Origin: Squalus acanthias
Taxonomy: Eukaryota
Length of the DNA: 64,000 nucleotides
Direction of reading: 5' to 3'
NCBI GenBank assembly: GCA_030390025.1
Contig: JASTWF010000036.1
Span: forward strand, 434,001 to 498,000
Part shown: positions 12,393 to 24,914 of the stretch, in pieces
Numbering within the stretch: the stretch's first letter is position 1
Layout: each line of letters starts with the position of its first letter
The notes under the pieces: model-generated
What the model was told of the DNA's origin: nothing
The model's input: only the letters and a program-made list of their open reading frames with translations
The model's database searches: none
Position numbers and translations under genes: made by a program

Positions 12393-13290
12393 TCAGCCAT
12401 GGCTCAGTGGGCAGCACTCTGTCTCACGCCTCGGAGTCAGAAGGTTGTGGGTTCGAGCCCCATAATCTCAGCCGGCACTCTGACAGCACTGAGGGAGCGC
12501 CCCACTGTCTGAGGGGCAGTACTGAGGGAGCGCCCCACTGTCGGAGGGGCAGTACTGAGGGAGCGCCGCACTGTTGGAGGGGCAGTACTGAGGGAACGCC
12601 GCACTGTCTGAGGGGCAGTACTGAGGGAGCGCCCCACTGTCGGAGAGGCAGTACTGAGGGAGCGCCCCACTGTCGGAGGGGCAGTACTGAGGGAGCGCCC
12701 CACTGTCGGAGGGGCAGTACTGAGGGAGCGCCGCACTGTCGGAGGGGCAGTACAGAGGGAGCGCCGCACTGTCGGAGGGGCAGTACTGAGGGAGCGCCGC
12801 ACCGTCGGAGGGGCAGTACTGAGGGAGCGCCGCACTGTGGGAGGGGCAGTACTGAGGGAGCGCCGCACCGTGGGAGGGGCAGTACTGAGGGAGCGCCGCA
12901 CCGTCGGAGGGGCAGTACTGAGGGAGAGCCGCACTGTCGGAGGGGCGGTACTGAGGGAGAGCCGCACTGTCGGAGGGGCGGTACTGAGGGAGTGCCGCAC
13001 TGTCTGAGGGGCGGTACTGAGGGAGTGCCGCACTGTCGGAGGGGCGGTACTGAGGGAGCGCCGCACTGTCCGAGGGGCGATACTGAGGGAGCGCCGCACT
13101 GTCCGAGGGGCGGTACTGTCAGAGCGCCGCACTGTCCGAGGGCAGCACCGAGGGCGCGCCGCACTGTCTGAGGGGATGAGACCTTAAACCGAAGCCCCGT
13201 CTGCCCTCTCAGGTGGACGTAAAAGATCCCACGGGCCACTGTTTAGAACAGCAGTGGCGTTCTCCCCCCGGTGTCCTGGCCAATATTTAG
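12393..13290 (+). mobile_element. DeuSINE-like SINE with 33-bp VNTR (~21 units)
   Basis: tRNA-like head (ggctcagtgg...gggttcgagccc), VNTR 12485-13170, Deu-like body, 3' truncated. Confidence 0.8.
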
Positions 13291-13889
13291 GGGAGCGAGA
13301 CTGATTGGAAAGCTCTTACACAGAGCCGGCACAGGCTGTATGATTCCACGGCACATAGCAGATCCATACGGACCGCACATTCGCAGGTTTGATCTCTGGT
13401 CTCTTGTCAAATTACCACTCTCAGCTGAGGCAGCGTTGAGGGCTGTTAAACCTGCCCCCAGTGCCCGAGGACAAGGATGGTGGAGCGGGAGAGCAAGTCT
13501 TGCTGCCTTATCACTATCCAATGGAGCGAGCCTTTTAACTTAATCATCCCCGACAGTCAGAAAGAAAGTTCGGGGTTCAAACCCCGCTTCAGACAGATAG
13601 TCCCGGCGGGTGGAGACCAGAGCACGGGTTCTGAATTCTGGGTCGACATCCAGAGGGGGGTGGGGGCTCGCATGTGCGTGCTTCCACCCCCTCCGCAAAA
13701 TGGCCGTGGAATGAGCGCTTGCATCACAGCCTGTCGGGACTGTTGCACATCCCGCGAATCCTTCCATTACTTTACACTCTTCTCGAAGGGAAGAGTGCGA
13801 AGACAGGGAAACCAACTGCCCAATGACCCTGACCGAAATGGAACCCGTGGGGAAAACAGGGAACGATGCTCGACTGCGACACTTGGGCG

Positions 13890-14430
13890 AGCTGTGGCCT
13901 CCTTATCTAAGGAAGGATATACTTGCCTTGGAGGCGGTGCAACGAAGGTGCACTGGGTTGATTCCTGGGATGAGAGAGGGCTGTCCTATGAGGAGAGATT
14001 GAGTAGAATGGGCCTATACTCTCTGGAGTTTAGAAGAATGAGAGGTGATCTCATCGAAACATACAAGATTCTGAGGGATTGACAGGGTAGATGCTGAGAG
14101 GTTGTTTCCCCCTGGCTGGTATGTCTAGAACCAGGGGGTCACAGTCTCAGGATAAGGGGTTGGCCATTTAGGACTGAGATTAGGAGGAATTTCTTCACTC
14201 AGAGGGTGGTGAATCTTTGGAATTCTCTACCCCAGAGGGCTGTGGAGGCTCAGTCATTGAGTATATTCAAGGCTGAGATCGATAGATTTTTGGACTCTCG
14301 GGGAATCGAGGGATATGGAGATCAGGCAGGAGAGTGGAGTTGAGGTCGATGATCAGCCATGATCTTATTGAATGGCGGAGCAGGCTCGAGGGGCTGTATG
14401 GCCGACTCCTGCTCCTATTTCTTATGTTAT
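13890..14430 (+). mobile_element. CR1 3' fragment
   Basis: GLSYEERLSRMGLYSLEFRRMRGDLIETYKIL plus 3'UTR. Confidence 0.85.
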
Positions 14431-15209
14431 GCTCAATAGAAAAGGGGAGAAAGCGTAAAGTAAAAGGAATGTGGGGGGGGAAACACAATGGAACCATGAA
14501 GAAAGGCTTGACATCTTCTGTAATGATCTGAGAGTCAGAAACTCCACTAAAATATAGTAGAGACATGTCAGCAAAGCCTGGGCTTTAATTATTTTCTCCC
14601 AAATTGAACATTTCCACTCCAGGATGCCACAAGCCAACAGCATAATAATCAGAAATCAGCAAGACACGATCGAAGATCAGCATGCCCGACTGCAAACACA
14701 AGGTACTGATGCCAAAACTCAGCATTCAAATCCTCACTTGCCTCCTCTCTCCACAACCACCACCCGCGCCCCCCCCCCCCGCCCGAGCTGGACACGCTGG
14801 AAAATGGAGAGAGAGAGAGAAACGAGCCCAGCTGCGAGGTACCAGAGGTCAAACAACCAACCAACAGGGTCGAGCACGCACATAATCTAATTAAACAGAT
14901 CAAGAGGGCAGCTGCCTCGGCAACCTGCACACTTGGGACGAAAGATGACCAGGCAAAATGGGAAAAAAAAAATGTGGCATGGGGTTTGCAGGAATTCAAG
15001 GTTAATCTGCATAATTCTAGTGGTTTGGCTCAGATATTGCAGCCGAAAGCAGGAGGGAGGAGCGGAACATGTTCATGATGGCCTACTCCTGCTCCTATTT
15101 ATGTTTGCAAACCCCTCTTTTTTTTTAAAAAAAAGGTAATTTCACTCGTTTCCTCAAATCAATGTCTGCAAGTCTAAACCAGCTCTTTTCCATATGATTC
15201 AATGGTAGT

Positions 15210-15835
15210 AAAGAACAGCACAGAACGAGGCCACTCGGCCCATTGAGTCTGCGCCGGCTCTTTCGAAGAGCGACCCAGTTAGTCACACTCCCCTCCTCCG
15301 CTCTTTCCCCATATCCCTGCAGTTATTTTCTCCTTCAAGTATTTATCCAATTCCTCTTCTAAAGGCTACGATTGAATCTGCTTCCACCGCCCTATCAGGC
15401 AGTGCATTCCAAATCCTAACTACTCGCTGCGTAAAAAAAAGTTTCTCCTCATCTCGCCTCTAGTCCTTTAGCCAATCAGCTTAAATCTGTGTCCTCTGGT
15501 TCTCGACCCTTCAGCCACTGGAAAGTTTCCCTCCCTATCTACTCTGTCCAGACCCCTCATGATTTTGAACACCTCTATCAAATCTCCTCTCAACCTTCTC
15601 TGCTCTAAGGAGAACAACCCCAGCTTCTCCAGTCTCTCCACGTCACTGAAGTCCCTCATCCCCTGGAACCATTCTGGTCAATCTCCTCTTAACCTTCTCT
15701 GCTCTAAGGAGAACAACCCCAGCTTCTCCACGCAACTGTAATCCTTCATCCCCTGGAACCATTCTGGTCAATCTCCTCTGCACCCTCTCCAAAGCCCTCA
15801 TGCCCTTCCCAAAGTGCGGTGCCCAGAATTGGGAC
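15210..15835 (-). mobile_element. CR1 3' fragment with ~100-bp internal tandem duplication
   Basis: LEKLGLFSLEQRRLRGDLIEVFK. Duplicated block ccctggaaccattctggtcaatctcct at ~15661 and ~15751. Confidence 0.8.
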
Positions 15836-15899
15836 ACGGCCGAAACGTCAAACACTTCTTCACACAAATAAATGGCCAATACTCCCCCTACGGCAGCTG

Positions 15900-16200
15900 T
15901 CTCTCATTCTGCCAGCATTACACACTTCACACTTCTAGCCACCTTTTGTTTCTTAACCTGTCCCATTACCATCTCGTCTTGCCTTGAGCATCTCAATGTC
16001 TCTACTTACCATAGTTATTCCTCCCCCCAGCCTCCCCCTTGCTTTATGTTTCATTTCCTGCTTTTTTCTCAGTTCTGACGAAGGGTTTCGACCTGAAACG
16101 TTAACTCTCTTTCTCTCTCCACGGATGTTGCCTGGCCTGCTGAGTTTTTCCAGCGTTTTCTGTTGTTTCAATTTTCCAGCATCCGCAGTATTTTGCTATC
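15900..16200 (+). mobile_element. Penelope-like terminal-repeat remnant (second family)
   Basis: Pyrimidine-rich tract, then a hammerhead motif, then gatgttgcctggcctgctgagtttttccagc, resembling fish Penelope terminal repeats. Confidence 0.6.
16071..16106 (+). ncRNA. Minimal hammerhead ribozyme motif (second family)
   Basis: AGUU-CUGACGA-AGG guuucga CCU-GAAA-CG-UU-AACU: stem I AGUU/AACU, palindromic AACGUU at stem III. Confidence 0.75.
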
Positions 16201-16824
16201 GTAATGGCCAATACGCAGTGGTTTTCTAGGTAGGACCGTGGACCCAAAATATCTGGAGTTTTTCCCAAGAGACAGCAAGACACCGCAATGGAAAGGGGGG
16301 GGGTAGAAAGAGGGTAAGCTGGTTGTTCCCAATGGCGTCCCTCGCCAGAGTGAAGTCAGGTGTTTTGAGTCGATCGTCCGCTTCCTGAATGGGCTCACAC
16401 ACTAAGCCCTGGTCACGGGTGCCACAATACTGTGCCCTGATCATCAAGTTACTGGCACTGGGAGCAGACGGCATGCTGTGGCAAGGATCGAGAAGCGTGC
16501 CATCTCTGCAGCGACTGCTTTGCCTCACTGGAGAAGTCTATCATCCTTTCCAAGGTGCGCCACTAGATGACAGCATCTCACAGTATGGGAACCTACCCTC
16601 ACCTCCCAGCACAGAAAGATACAGAGCAGACACCGACCGAGATCACCATCTTTCAATTTTTACGATCTTCCTTTTGTTATTAATAAACAGTCTACAATAT
16701 TCAGGAAACCTAGAGGTCTCAAGGTTTGCTTTTTTTTAAAAAAAAAATCATTTTCGGGACATGTGCGTCACAGGCAAGGCCAGCAGTTATTGCCCATCCC
16801 TAGATGCCCACCACCATTTAGAGT

Positions 16825-17645
16825 CAGAGTTATACAGCACAGAAAGAGGCCCTTCGGCCCATCGTGTCCGCACCGGCCATCAAGCCCTGTCTATTCTAAT
16901 CCCATTTTCCAGCACTTGGTCCGTAGCCTTGTAAGCTATGGCGTTTCAAGTGCTCGTCTAAATGCTTCTTGAATGTTGTGAGGGTTCCTGCCTCTACCAC
17001 CCTTTCAGGCAGTGAGTTCCAGATTCCAACCACCTTCTGGGTGAAAAAGTTTTTCCTCAAATCCCCTCTAAACCTCCTGCCCCTTACCTTGAAACTATGC
17101 CCCCTGGTTATTGACCCCCTCTACTAAGGGGAAAAGTTCCTTTCTATCTATCCTATCTATGCCCCTCATAATTTTGTACACCTCAATCAAGTCCCCCCCT
17201 CAGCCTTCTCTGCTCTAAGGAAAACAACCCCAGCCTGCCCAGTCTCTCTTCATAGCTGAAGCGCTCCAGCCCAGGTAACATCCTGGTGAATCTCCTCTGC
17301 ACCCTCTCCAATGCAATCACATCCCTCCTATAGTGTGGCGACCAGAACTGCACACAGTATTCCAGCTGTGGCCTAACTAGCATTTTGTACAGCTCCATCA
17401 TAACCTCCCTGCTCTTATATTCTATGCCTCGGCTAATGAAGGCAAGTATCCCATATGCCTTTTTAATCACCTTATCTACCTGTCCTGCTGCCTTCAGGGA
17501 TCTATGTACATGCACACCAAGGTCCCTCTGATCCTCTGTCCTTCCTAGGGTCCTACCGTTCATTGTGTATTCCCTTGCCTTGTTAACCCTCCCAAAATGC
17601 ATCACCTCACACTTTTCAGGGTTAAATTCCATTTGCCAGTGTTCT
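16825..17645 (-). mobile_element. CR1 3' fragment
   Basis: MEFNPEKCEVMHFGR...LVRPQLEYCVQFWSPH. Same subfamily as 1-403. Confidence 0.88.
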
Positions 17646-17980
17646 GCAATATTTGTTCAGGGCAAGGTTCCCTTTAATCAGCACAGTCGCGCAGCCAGCG
17701 AGCCGGCTTTTAAATTGAAAAAAAAACGGGCACGAAAAAAAAATGACAGGGAACATTGGTGGTGGGCCTTTTAAAAGATGGCAGATTATTTCAGCCCCCT
17801 CGAGCCGGTTACATCAGGAACAGGAGGGCTGTACAGGGTGGTGGTGAGACCACACCTGGAGTACTGCATACAGTCTTGGTCTCCTTATTTAAGATGCGGA
17901 GATGCCGGTGTTGGACTGGGGTGGACAAAAATGAGAAGTCGCACAACACCAGGTTATAGTCCAACAGTTTTATTTGAAAT

Positions 17981-18015
17981 TACGAGCTTTCGGAGCGCTG
18001 CTCCTTCGTCAGGTG
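17981..18015 (-). ncRNA. Minimal hammerhead ribozyme motif
   Basis: Reverse complement CAC-CUGACGA-AGGAG cagcg CUCC-GAAA-GC-UC-GUA. Confidence 0.7.
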
Positions 18016-18317
18016 AAGTAAAGGAATACAAATCGACAAAGCATATATAGATAGAGAACAATGCATGTGTAGCGTACAATGGCAGACGACTACATTTAAT
18101 CCTCCTGACTGCCTTTTGTCTTTGATGTGGTGCCTTCCTGGCTGACCTGATTGTTTATCTGCCGAGGTGTGACAAAAGGCAATCGGGTCAGCCAGGAAGG
18201 CACCACATCAAAGACAAAAGGCAGTCAGGAGGATTAAATGTAGTCGTCTGCCATTGTACGCTGCACATGCATTGTTCTCTATCTATATATGCTTTGTCGA
18301 TTTGTATTCCTTTACTT

Positions 18318-18352
18318 CACCTGACGAAGGAGCAGCGCTCCGAAAGCTCGTG
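18318..18352 (+). ncRNA. Minimal hammerhead ribozyme motif
   Basis: CAC-CUGACGA-AGGAG cagcg CUCC-GAAA-GC-UC-GUG, with intact core and stems. Confidence 0.78.
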
Positions 18353-19058
18353 ATTTCAAATAAAACTGTTGGACTATAACCTGGTGTTGTGAGACTTCTC
18401 ATTTTTGTCCACCCCAGTCCAACACCGGCACCTCCGCATCAAAGTATATATAGACAGAGAACAATGTGTCTGCAGAGATACAATCCGTCAGGAAGGCATC
18501 ACATCAAAGACACAGCAGAATACAGCTAAGACAATGAGGTGGGGCCACAGGGGGTCCAACGTGTCAAATGCTGCCGTCTGCAGTTAAGCTTTTTACTTTT
18601 TTTTTTAAAAACTGGAAATCACATCTGTGAACCAGACAATGACGTCGAGTCACGTCCTGTAGCGTGACATGAAACCAAGATCCCGGTTGAGGCCGTCCTC
18701 ATGGGTGCGGAACTTGGCTATCAGTTTCTGCTCGATGATTTTGCGTTGTCGTGTGTCTCGAAGGCCGCCATCACAGATACCATCATCACACGTGAGGACA
18801 CTACCCACCAGGTACATGGTACATACTCATGTGACTCGGCCAATGTTGTCTACCTCATACGTTGCAGGAAAGGATGCACCGCAGCATGGTACATCGGCAA
18901 GACCATGCAGACACTGAGACAACGTATGAACGGACACCGCGCAACAATCGCCAGGCAGGATTGTTACCTCCCAGTCGGGGAACACTTCAGCAGTCAAGGA
19001 CATTTAGCCTCGGATCTGCGGGTTAGCGTTCTCCAAGGCGGCCTTCGAGACATTTTTG

Positions 19059-21027
19059 TCCTTATTTAAGGAGGGATATACTTGCATTGGAGGCAGTTCA
19101 GAGAAGGTTCACTAGGCTGATTCCGGAGTTGAAGGGGTTGTCTTATGAGGAAAGGTTGAGCAGGTTGGGCCGATACTCATTGGAGTTTAGAAGAATGAGA
19201 AGTGATATTATTGAAACATAAGATTCTGAGGGGGGATTGACAGGGTAGATGCTGGGAGGATGTTTCCCCTCGTGGGGGAATCTAGAACTAGGGGGGCATA
19301 GTTTCAGAATAAGGGGGCACCCATTTAAGACGGAGAGGAGGAGGAATTTCTTCTCTGAGGGTCGTGAATCTCTAGAATTCTCTACCCCAGAGAGCTGTGG
19401 AGGCTGAGTCAGTGAACATATTCAAGGCAGAGATAGACAGATATTTGAGCTACAGGGGAGTCGAGGCCAAGATCAGATCAGCCATGATCTTATTGAATGG
19501 CGGAGCAGGCTCGAGGGGCCGACTCCTGCTCTTATTTCTTATGTTCTTGTGTTATGTAGGAGGTCATTCAGCCCCCCTCGAGCCTGTTACATTAGGAACA
19601 GGAGGCGGCCATTCAGCCCCCTCGAGCCTGTTACATTAGGAACAGGAGGAGGCCATTCAGCCCCCTCGAGCCTGTTACATTAACAGGAGGAGGCCATACG
19701 GCCCCTCGAGCCTGCTCCGCCATTCAATAAGATCATGGCTGATCTTCGACCTCAACTTCACTTTCCCGCCCGATCCCCATATCCCTCGATTCACTTAGTG
19801 TCCAAAAATCTATCAATCTCAGCCTCGAATATACTCAACGACTGAGCCTCCACAGCCCTCTGGGGTAGAGAATTCCAAAGATTCACCACCTTCCGAGTGA
19901 AGAAATTCCTCCTCATTTCAGTCCAAAATGGCCGACCCCTTATCCTGAGACTGTGACCCCCCTGTGGTTCTAGACACTCCAGCCAGGGGGGAAAACAGCC
20001 TCTCAGCATCTACCCCGTCAAGCCCCAAGACTTTTATCCGTTTCAATGAGATCACCTCTCATTCGTCTAAACTCAAGGGAATATAGGCTGAGTCTACTCA
20101 ATCTCTCCTCATAAGACAATTCCGCCCCCCCCCATTCCAGGAATCAGTCAGGAATAGAGTCACATCATGATTCAACCTACACAGGCCGTTTCTCCAGCAC
20201 CTCAACAATGTCTGTGGCTCTTTTCTCTAGAAAAAAGCCTGAGGGGTAACCTGATAGAGGTCTTTAAAATTATGAAGGGGTTTCGATAGGGTAGACGTAG
20301 AGAAGATGATTCCACTCGTTGGGGGGGGGGGGGGGGGGGGTGGAAAAGAGACCCGAACTAGGGGACCATAAGTATAAGATAGTCGCTAATAAATCCAATG
20401 GGGAATTCAGGAGAAACTTCTTTACCCAGAGAGTGGTGAGAATGTGGAACTCGCTACCACAGGGAGTGGTTGAGGCGAAGAGCGTAGATGCATTTAAGGG
20501 GGAAGCTGGATAAACACACGAGGGAGAAAGGAATAGAGGGATATGGTGATGGGGTGAGATGAAGTAGGGGTGGGAGGAGGCTGGTGTGGAGCATAAACAC
20601 CGGCATGGACCAGTTGGGCTGAATGGCCTGTTTAGAACATAAGAACATAAGTAGGAGCAGGAGTAGGCCACATGGCCCCTCGGGCCTGCTCCGCCATTCA
20701 ATAGGATCATGGCTGATCCGAACCTAGACTCACGTCCACTTCCCTGCCCGCTCCCCATAACCCTTCATTCCCTTATCAGCTAGGAGACTGTCTATCTCCG
20801 TTTTAAATTTATTTCATGTCGCAGCTTCCACAGCTCTCTGGAGGTAGCAAATTCCATAGATTTACTCCCCTCGGAGTGAAGAAGTTTCTCCTCATCTCAG
20901 ATTTGAAACGGCAGCCCCTTATTCTCAGATTATGCCCCCGAGTTCTAGTCTCACCCATCAGTGGAAACATCCTCCCCGCCTCCACCCGATCAAGCTCCTC
21001 TCACAATCTTACATGTTTCGATAAGAT
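19059..21027. mobile_element. Cluster of CR1 3' fragments in alternating orientation, including a ~43-bp tandem repeat of the CR1 3' end (19555-19705)
   Basis: CR1 motifs at 19059-19555 (+), 19690-20150 (-), 20215-20632 (+), 20633-21027 (-). Confidence 0.8.
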
Positions 21028-22057
21028 CTGTGCTGTGAAAGCGATGCAACTCTACGTAATAATCAGCAGCATCCGCGCAACGCAAACCGCGTCTTTGGCA
21101 GTGCAGGTGGCCGTGGGTGGTCATATCGGCCCTTCACCATCGGAGGGGGGTAGTGAGGGAGAGCGAGCAAAAACTGTCCGCCGGCAATTAATGAAGTTGA
21201 AATTCGTTAACCGCAATCATCCGCGCCTGTTGTTGCTCGCGTTTACTGCCTGCTTCGATATCGCTACTCTCCCGGTAATATAATCACGTTAGCATCCTCA
21301 GCATTTAAGACACGGCGCACCGACCGACGTTTTATTCTCGGGAGCAAGAAAACGCGCGCCAGGAATGGGAAAGGCAGCCGCCGCCCGGCACGGAGAAAAC
21401 ACACAGTCGAATTAAAGGATTGCGCCCGAATACGGCGTCGGTTGATCCAGAGTCGCTCACACCGTTGCTTTCCCACCTCTACGACAAAGTCAAAACACGT
21501 TGACAGCGATAACCCGCGATTCAAGAACCGCAAGGCAGTCCGCGTAAGCCAACAAATGTCATTTGAGAGTTAAAAAACCACGACAAAAAGACACACCGCC
21601 AGTTGTATTTCACGGTGCTCGGAAATGCCAACAGTAAATGATTTCGCTAACAGGCATTCCACCATCTCAGGAAATGTCACCCGGGGATATATTATGGCAT
21701 CTCAGTTAACAGCGACTGAAGATACCAGCATCCTCAGAGCTCCTTGAAGTCGTGCCAACTCTCGCTGCCCCCCCCCCACCCCCGAAAAAGAACATGACAG
21801 GTTACCTATTTTCGTCAAGAGACAGAATCGAGTTTCAGGAAATACCATCAAATCAAAACTACGGACTCAAGCCAAAAATGTGGCTTAACCCTTTGCAGGC
21901 AAGCACATCGGGAAGCTCAGATCGGGTTATAGAAACGCTCGGCGTGTCACTTCATTTCCCCCCCACCCCCGCTCCCCCATTTATACAGCCCGCAGAGACA
22001 CCCACAAACAGGACTTCCTTAATGAGAAAGCTTTGCCAGAATTTGCAGTAACATGGT

Positions 22058-22087
22058 ACAGAGAGAGAGAGACAGAGAGAGAGAGAC

Positions 22088-22122
<35 letters not shown>

Positions 22123-22412
22123 GACAGAGAGAGAGAGGAGAGACACAGGAGAGAGAGACAGAAGAGAGAGAGAGAGACAGAGAGAGAGAGACAGAGAGAG
22201 AGAGAGACAGAGAGAGACAGAGAGAGACAGAGAGAGACAGAGAGAGACAGAGAGAGACAGAGAGAGACAGAGAGAGACAGAGAGACAGAGAGAGAGAGAC
22301 AGAGAGAGAGAGACAGAGAGAGAGAGACAGAGAGAGAGAGACAGAGAGAGAGAGACAGAGAGAGAGAGACAGAGAGAGAGAGACAGAGAGAGAGAGACAG
22401 AGAGAGAGAGAC

Positions 22413-22447
<35 letters not shown>

Positions 22448-22646
22448 CAGAGACAGACAGAGACAGAGAGACAGAGAGACAGAGAGACAGAGAGACAGAG
22501 AGACAGAGAGACAGAGAGACAGAGAGACAGAGAGACAGAGAGACAGAGAGACAGAGAGACAGAGAGACAGAGAGAGAGAGAGAGAGAGACAGAGAGAGAG
22601 AGACAGAGAGAGAGAGACAGAGAGACAGAGACAGAGAGACAGAGAG
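22058..22646. repeat. Compound (GA)n/(GACA) microsatellite, ~590 bp
   Basis: Continuous gagagacaga-type sequence. Explains the ER/RE-rich and SL-rich ORFs. Confidence 0.97.
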
Positions 22647-23139
22647 CCAATACCGAGTTTGCTATGATTGGAGGCTTGCTATTAATGTTTCAACTCTCAC
22701 TGCTTTCCACTGCTAAAGGAAGTGGCTGAGGATTGGAGGGGGTGGGGGAAAAGCAGGGAGTAATAAATCCACCATTTCACCATTATTTTTCGATCTGTGC
22801 TCACTGGAACCGCACCCAGGAGAATGCAACGGTCTGGACACTTCCTTCAAGCGCTTAAACAGCTACAGCTGTGCAGTCTTCTTGAGAACGACGTAAAATT
22901 AATGAAACAGCATCTTTGGGGGGGGGGGGGGGGGGGGGGCGGCCCACTTAATCCAAAGTCAGCCTTATCAAAGAGATTGAACTCCAGAAATGTAACATTT
23001 CAGCCAGGTTTCTTATAACACGGGGCGAGGCCAGTTACACAGAGGTCTGGCTGTCCTCGCCTATCCCATCCCAGGACAAAGGCTCAACGTTCTGCATGCA
23101 ATGTCCCGTTTACCCATCACTGCACCTCCCACCCCAACC

Positions 23140-24817
23140 GTGCTCGTTGACCTACATTAGCTCCTGGTGCAACACCTCGATTTTTAAAATTCTCATCCTC
23201 CTGCTCAAATCCCTGTGGGCTCCTCGCCCCTCATTCCCTATCTCTGTAACCTCCTCCAGCCCCCTACAACCCTCCCTATCTCTGTAACCTCCTCCAGCCC
23301 CCTACAACCCTCCCTATCTCTGTAACCTCCTCCAGCCCCCGACAACCCTCCCTATCTCTGTAACCTCCTCCAGCCCCCTACAACCCTCCCTATCTCTGTA
23401 ACCTCCTCCAGCCCCCTACAACCCTCCCTATCTCTGTAACCTCCTCCAGCCTCGACAACCCTCCCTATCTCTGTAACCTCCTCCAGCTCCTACAACCCTC
23501 CCTTATCTCTGTAACCTCCTCCAGCCCCCGACAACCCTCCCTATCTCTGTAACCTCCTCCAGCTCCTACAACCCTCCCTATCTCTGTAACCTCCTCCAGC
23601 CCCCTACAACCCTCCCTATCTCTAACCTCCTCCAGCCCCTACACCCCTCCCTATCTCTGTAACCCCCTACAACCCTCCCTATCTCTGTAACCTCCTCCAG
23701 CCCCCTACAACCCTCCCTATCTCTGTAACCTCCTCCAGCCCCCTTCAACCCTCCCCATCTCTGTAACCTCCTCCAGCCCCCTACAACCCTCCCCATCTCT
23801 AACCTCCTCCAGCCCCCTTCAACCCTCCCTATCTCTGTAACCTCCTCCAGCCCCCTACAACCCTCCCTATCTCTGTAACCTCCTCCAGCCCCCTACAACC
23901 CTCCCTATCTCTGTAACCTCCTCCAGCCCCCTACAACCCTCCCCATCTCTGTAACCTCCTCCAGCCCCCTACAACCCTCCCCATCTCTAACCTCCTCCAG
24001 CCCCCTTCAACCCTCCCTATCTCTGTAACCTCCTCCAGCCTCGACAACCCTCCCTATCTCTGTAACCTCCTCCAGCTCCTACAACCCTCCTTTATCTCTG
24101 TAACCTCCTCCAGCCCCCGACAACCCTCCCTATCTCTGTAACCTCCTCCAGCTCCTACAACCCTCCCTATCTCTGTAACCTCCTCCAGCCCCCTACAACC
24201 CTCCCTATCTCTAACCTCCTCCAGCCCCTACACCCCTCCCTATCTCTGTAACCCCCTACAACCCTCCCTATCTCTGTAACCTCCTCCAGCCCCCTACAAC
24301 CCTCCCTATCTCTGTAACCTCCTCCAGCCCCCTTCAACCCTCCCTATCTCTGTAACCTCCTCCAGCCCCCTACAACCCTCCCTATCTCTGTAACCTCCTC
24401 CAGCCTCGACAACCCTCCCTATCTCTGTAACCTCCTCCAGCTCCTACAACCCTCCCTTATCTCTGTAACCTCCTCCAGCCCCCTACATCCCTCCCTATCT
24501 CTGTAACCTCCTCCAGCCCCCTACAACCCTCCGAGATCTCCGCCCTCCTCCAATTCTGGCCTCTTGCGCAACACCCCGATTTCCATCGCTCCACCATTGG
24601 CGGCCGTGCCTTCAGCTGCCTGGGCCCGAAGCTCTGGAATTCCCTCCCTAAACCTCCTCCGCCTCCTTGAAGACGCGCCTTAAAACCTACCTCTGACAAA
24701 GTTGTCCTAATATCTCCTTATGTGGCTCGGTGTGGAAATTTGTTTGGTAACGCTCCAGTGAAGCGCCTTGGGACGTTTTACTGAGTTAAGGGCGCTGTAT
24801 AAATACAAGTCGTTGTT
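23140..24817 (+). mobile_element. L2 LINE 3' end containing a 38-bp VNTR (23236-24531)
   Basis: FKILILL.KSL...PYLCNLLQP...GGRAFSCLGPKLWNSLP and tail ggcgctgtataaatacaagtcgttgtt. Unit ccctatctctgtaacctcctccagccccctacaaccct. Confidence 0.8.
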
Positions 24818-24914
24818 AGGGGTGCTGTGACAAGACAGAATAAGAGGGCTCATCAACACAGGTCCCTATTGCATAACCGGGAGACATGAGGAAAATGTAA
24901 AATCAATAGAATCA

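Larger units (their letters stand above)
17893..19058. mobile_element. Rearranged Penelope-like insertion (inverted pseudo-LTRs + GIY-YIG fragments in both orientations)
   Basis: NVVYLIRC...WYIGKT..LRQRMNGH at 18770-19050 (+), C-terminus on (-) at 18660-18770. Direct repeat TCCTTATTTAAG at 17882-17893 and 19059-19070 within a CR1. Confidence 0.85.

Noticed and set aside
21952..22716. RE/ET-rich 200+ aa ORFs
   Set aside because: Purely (GA)n/(GACA) microsatellite.
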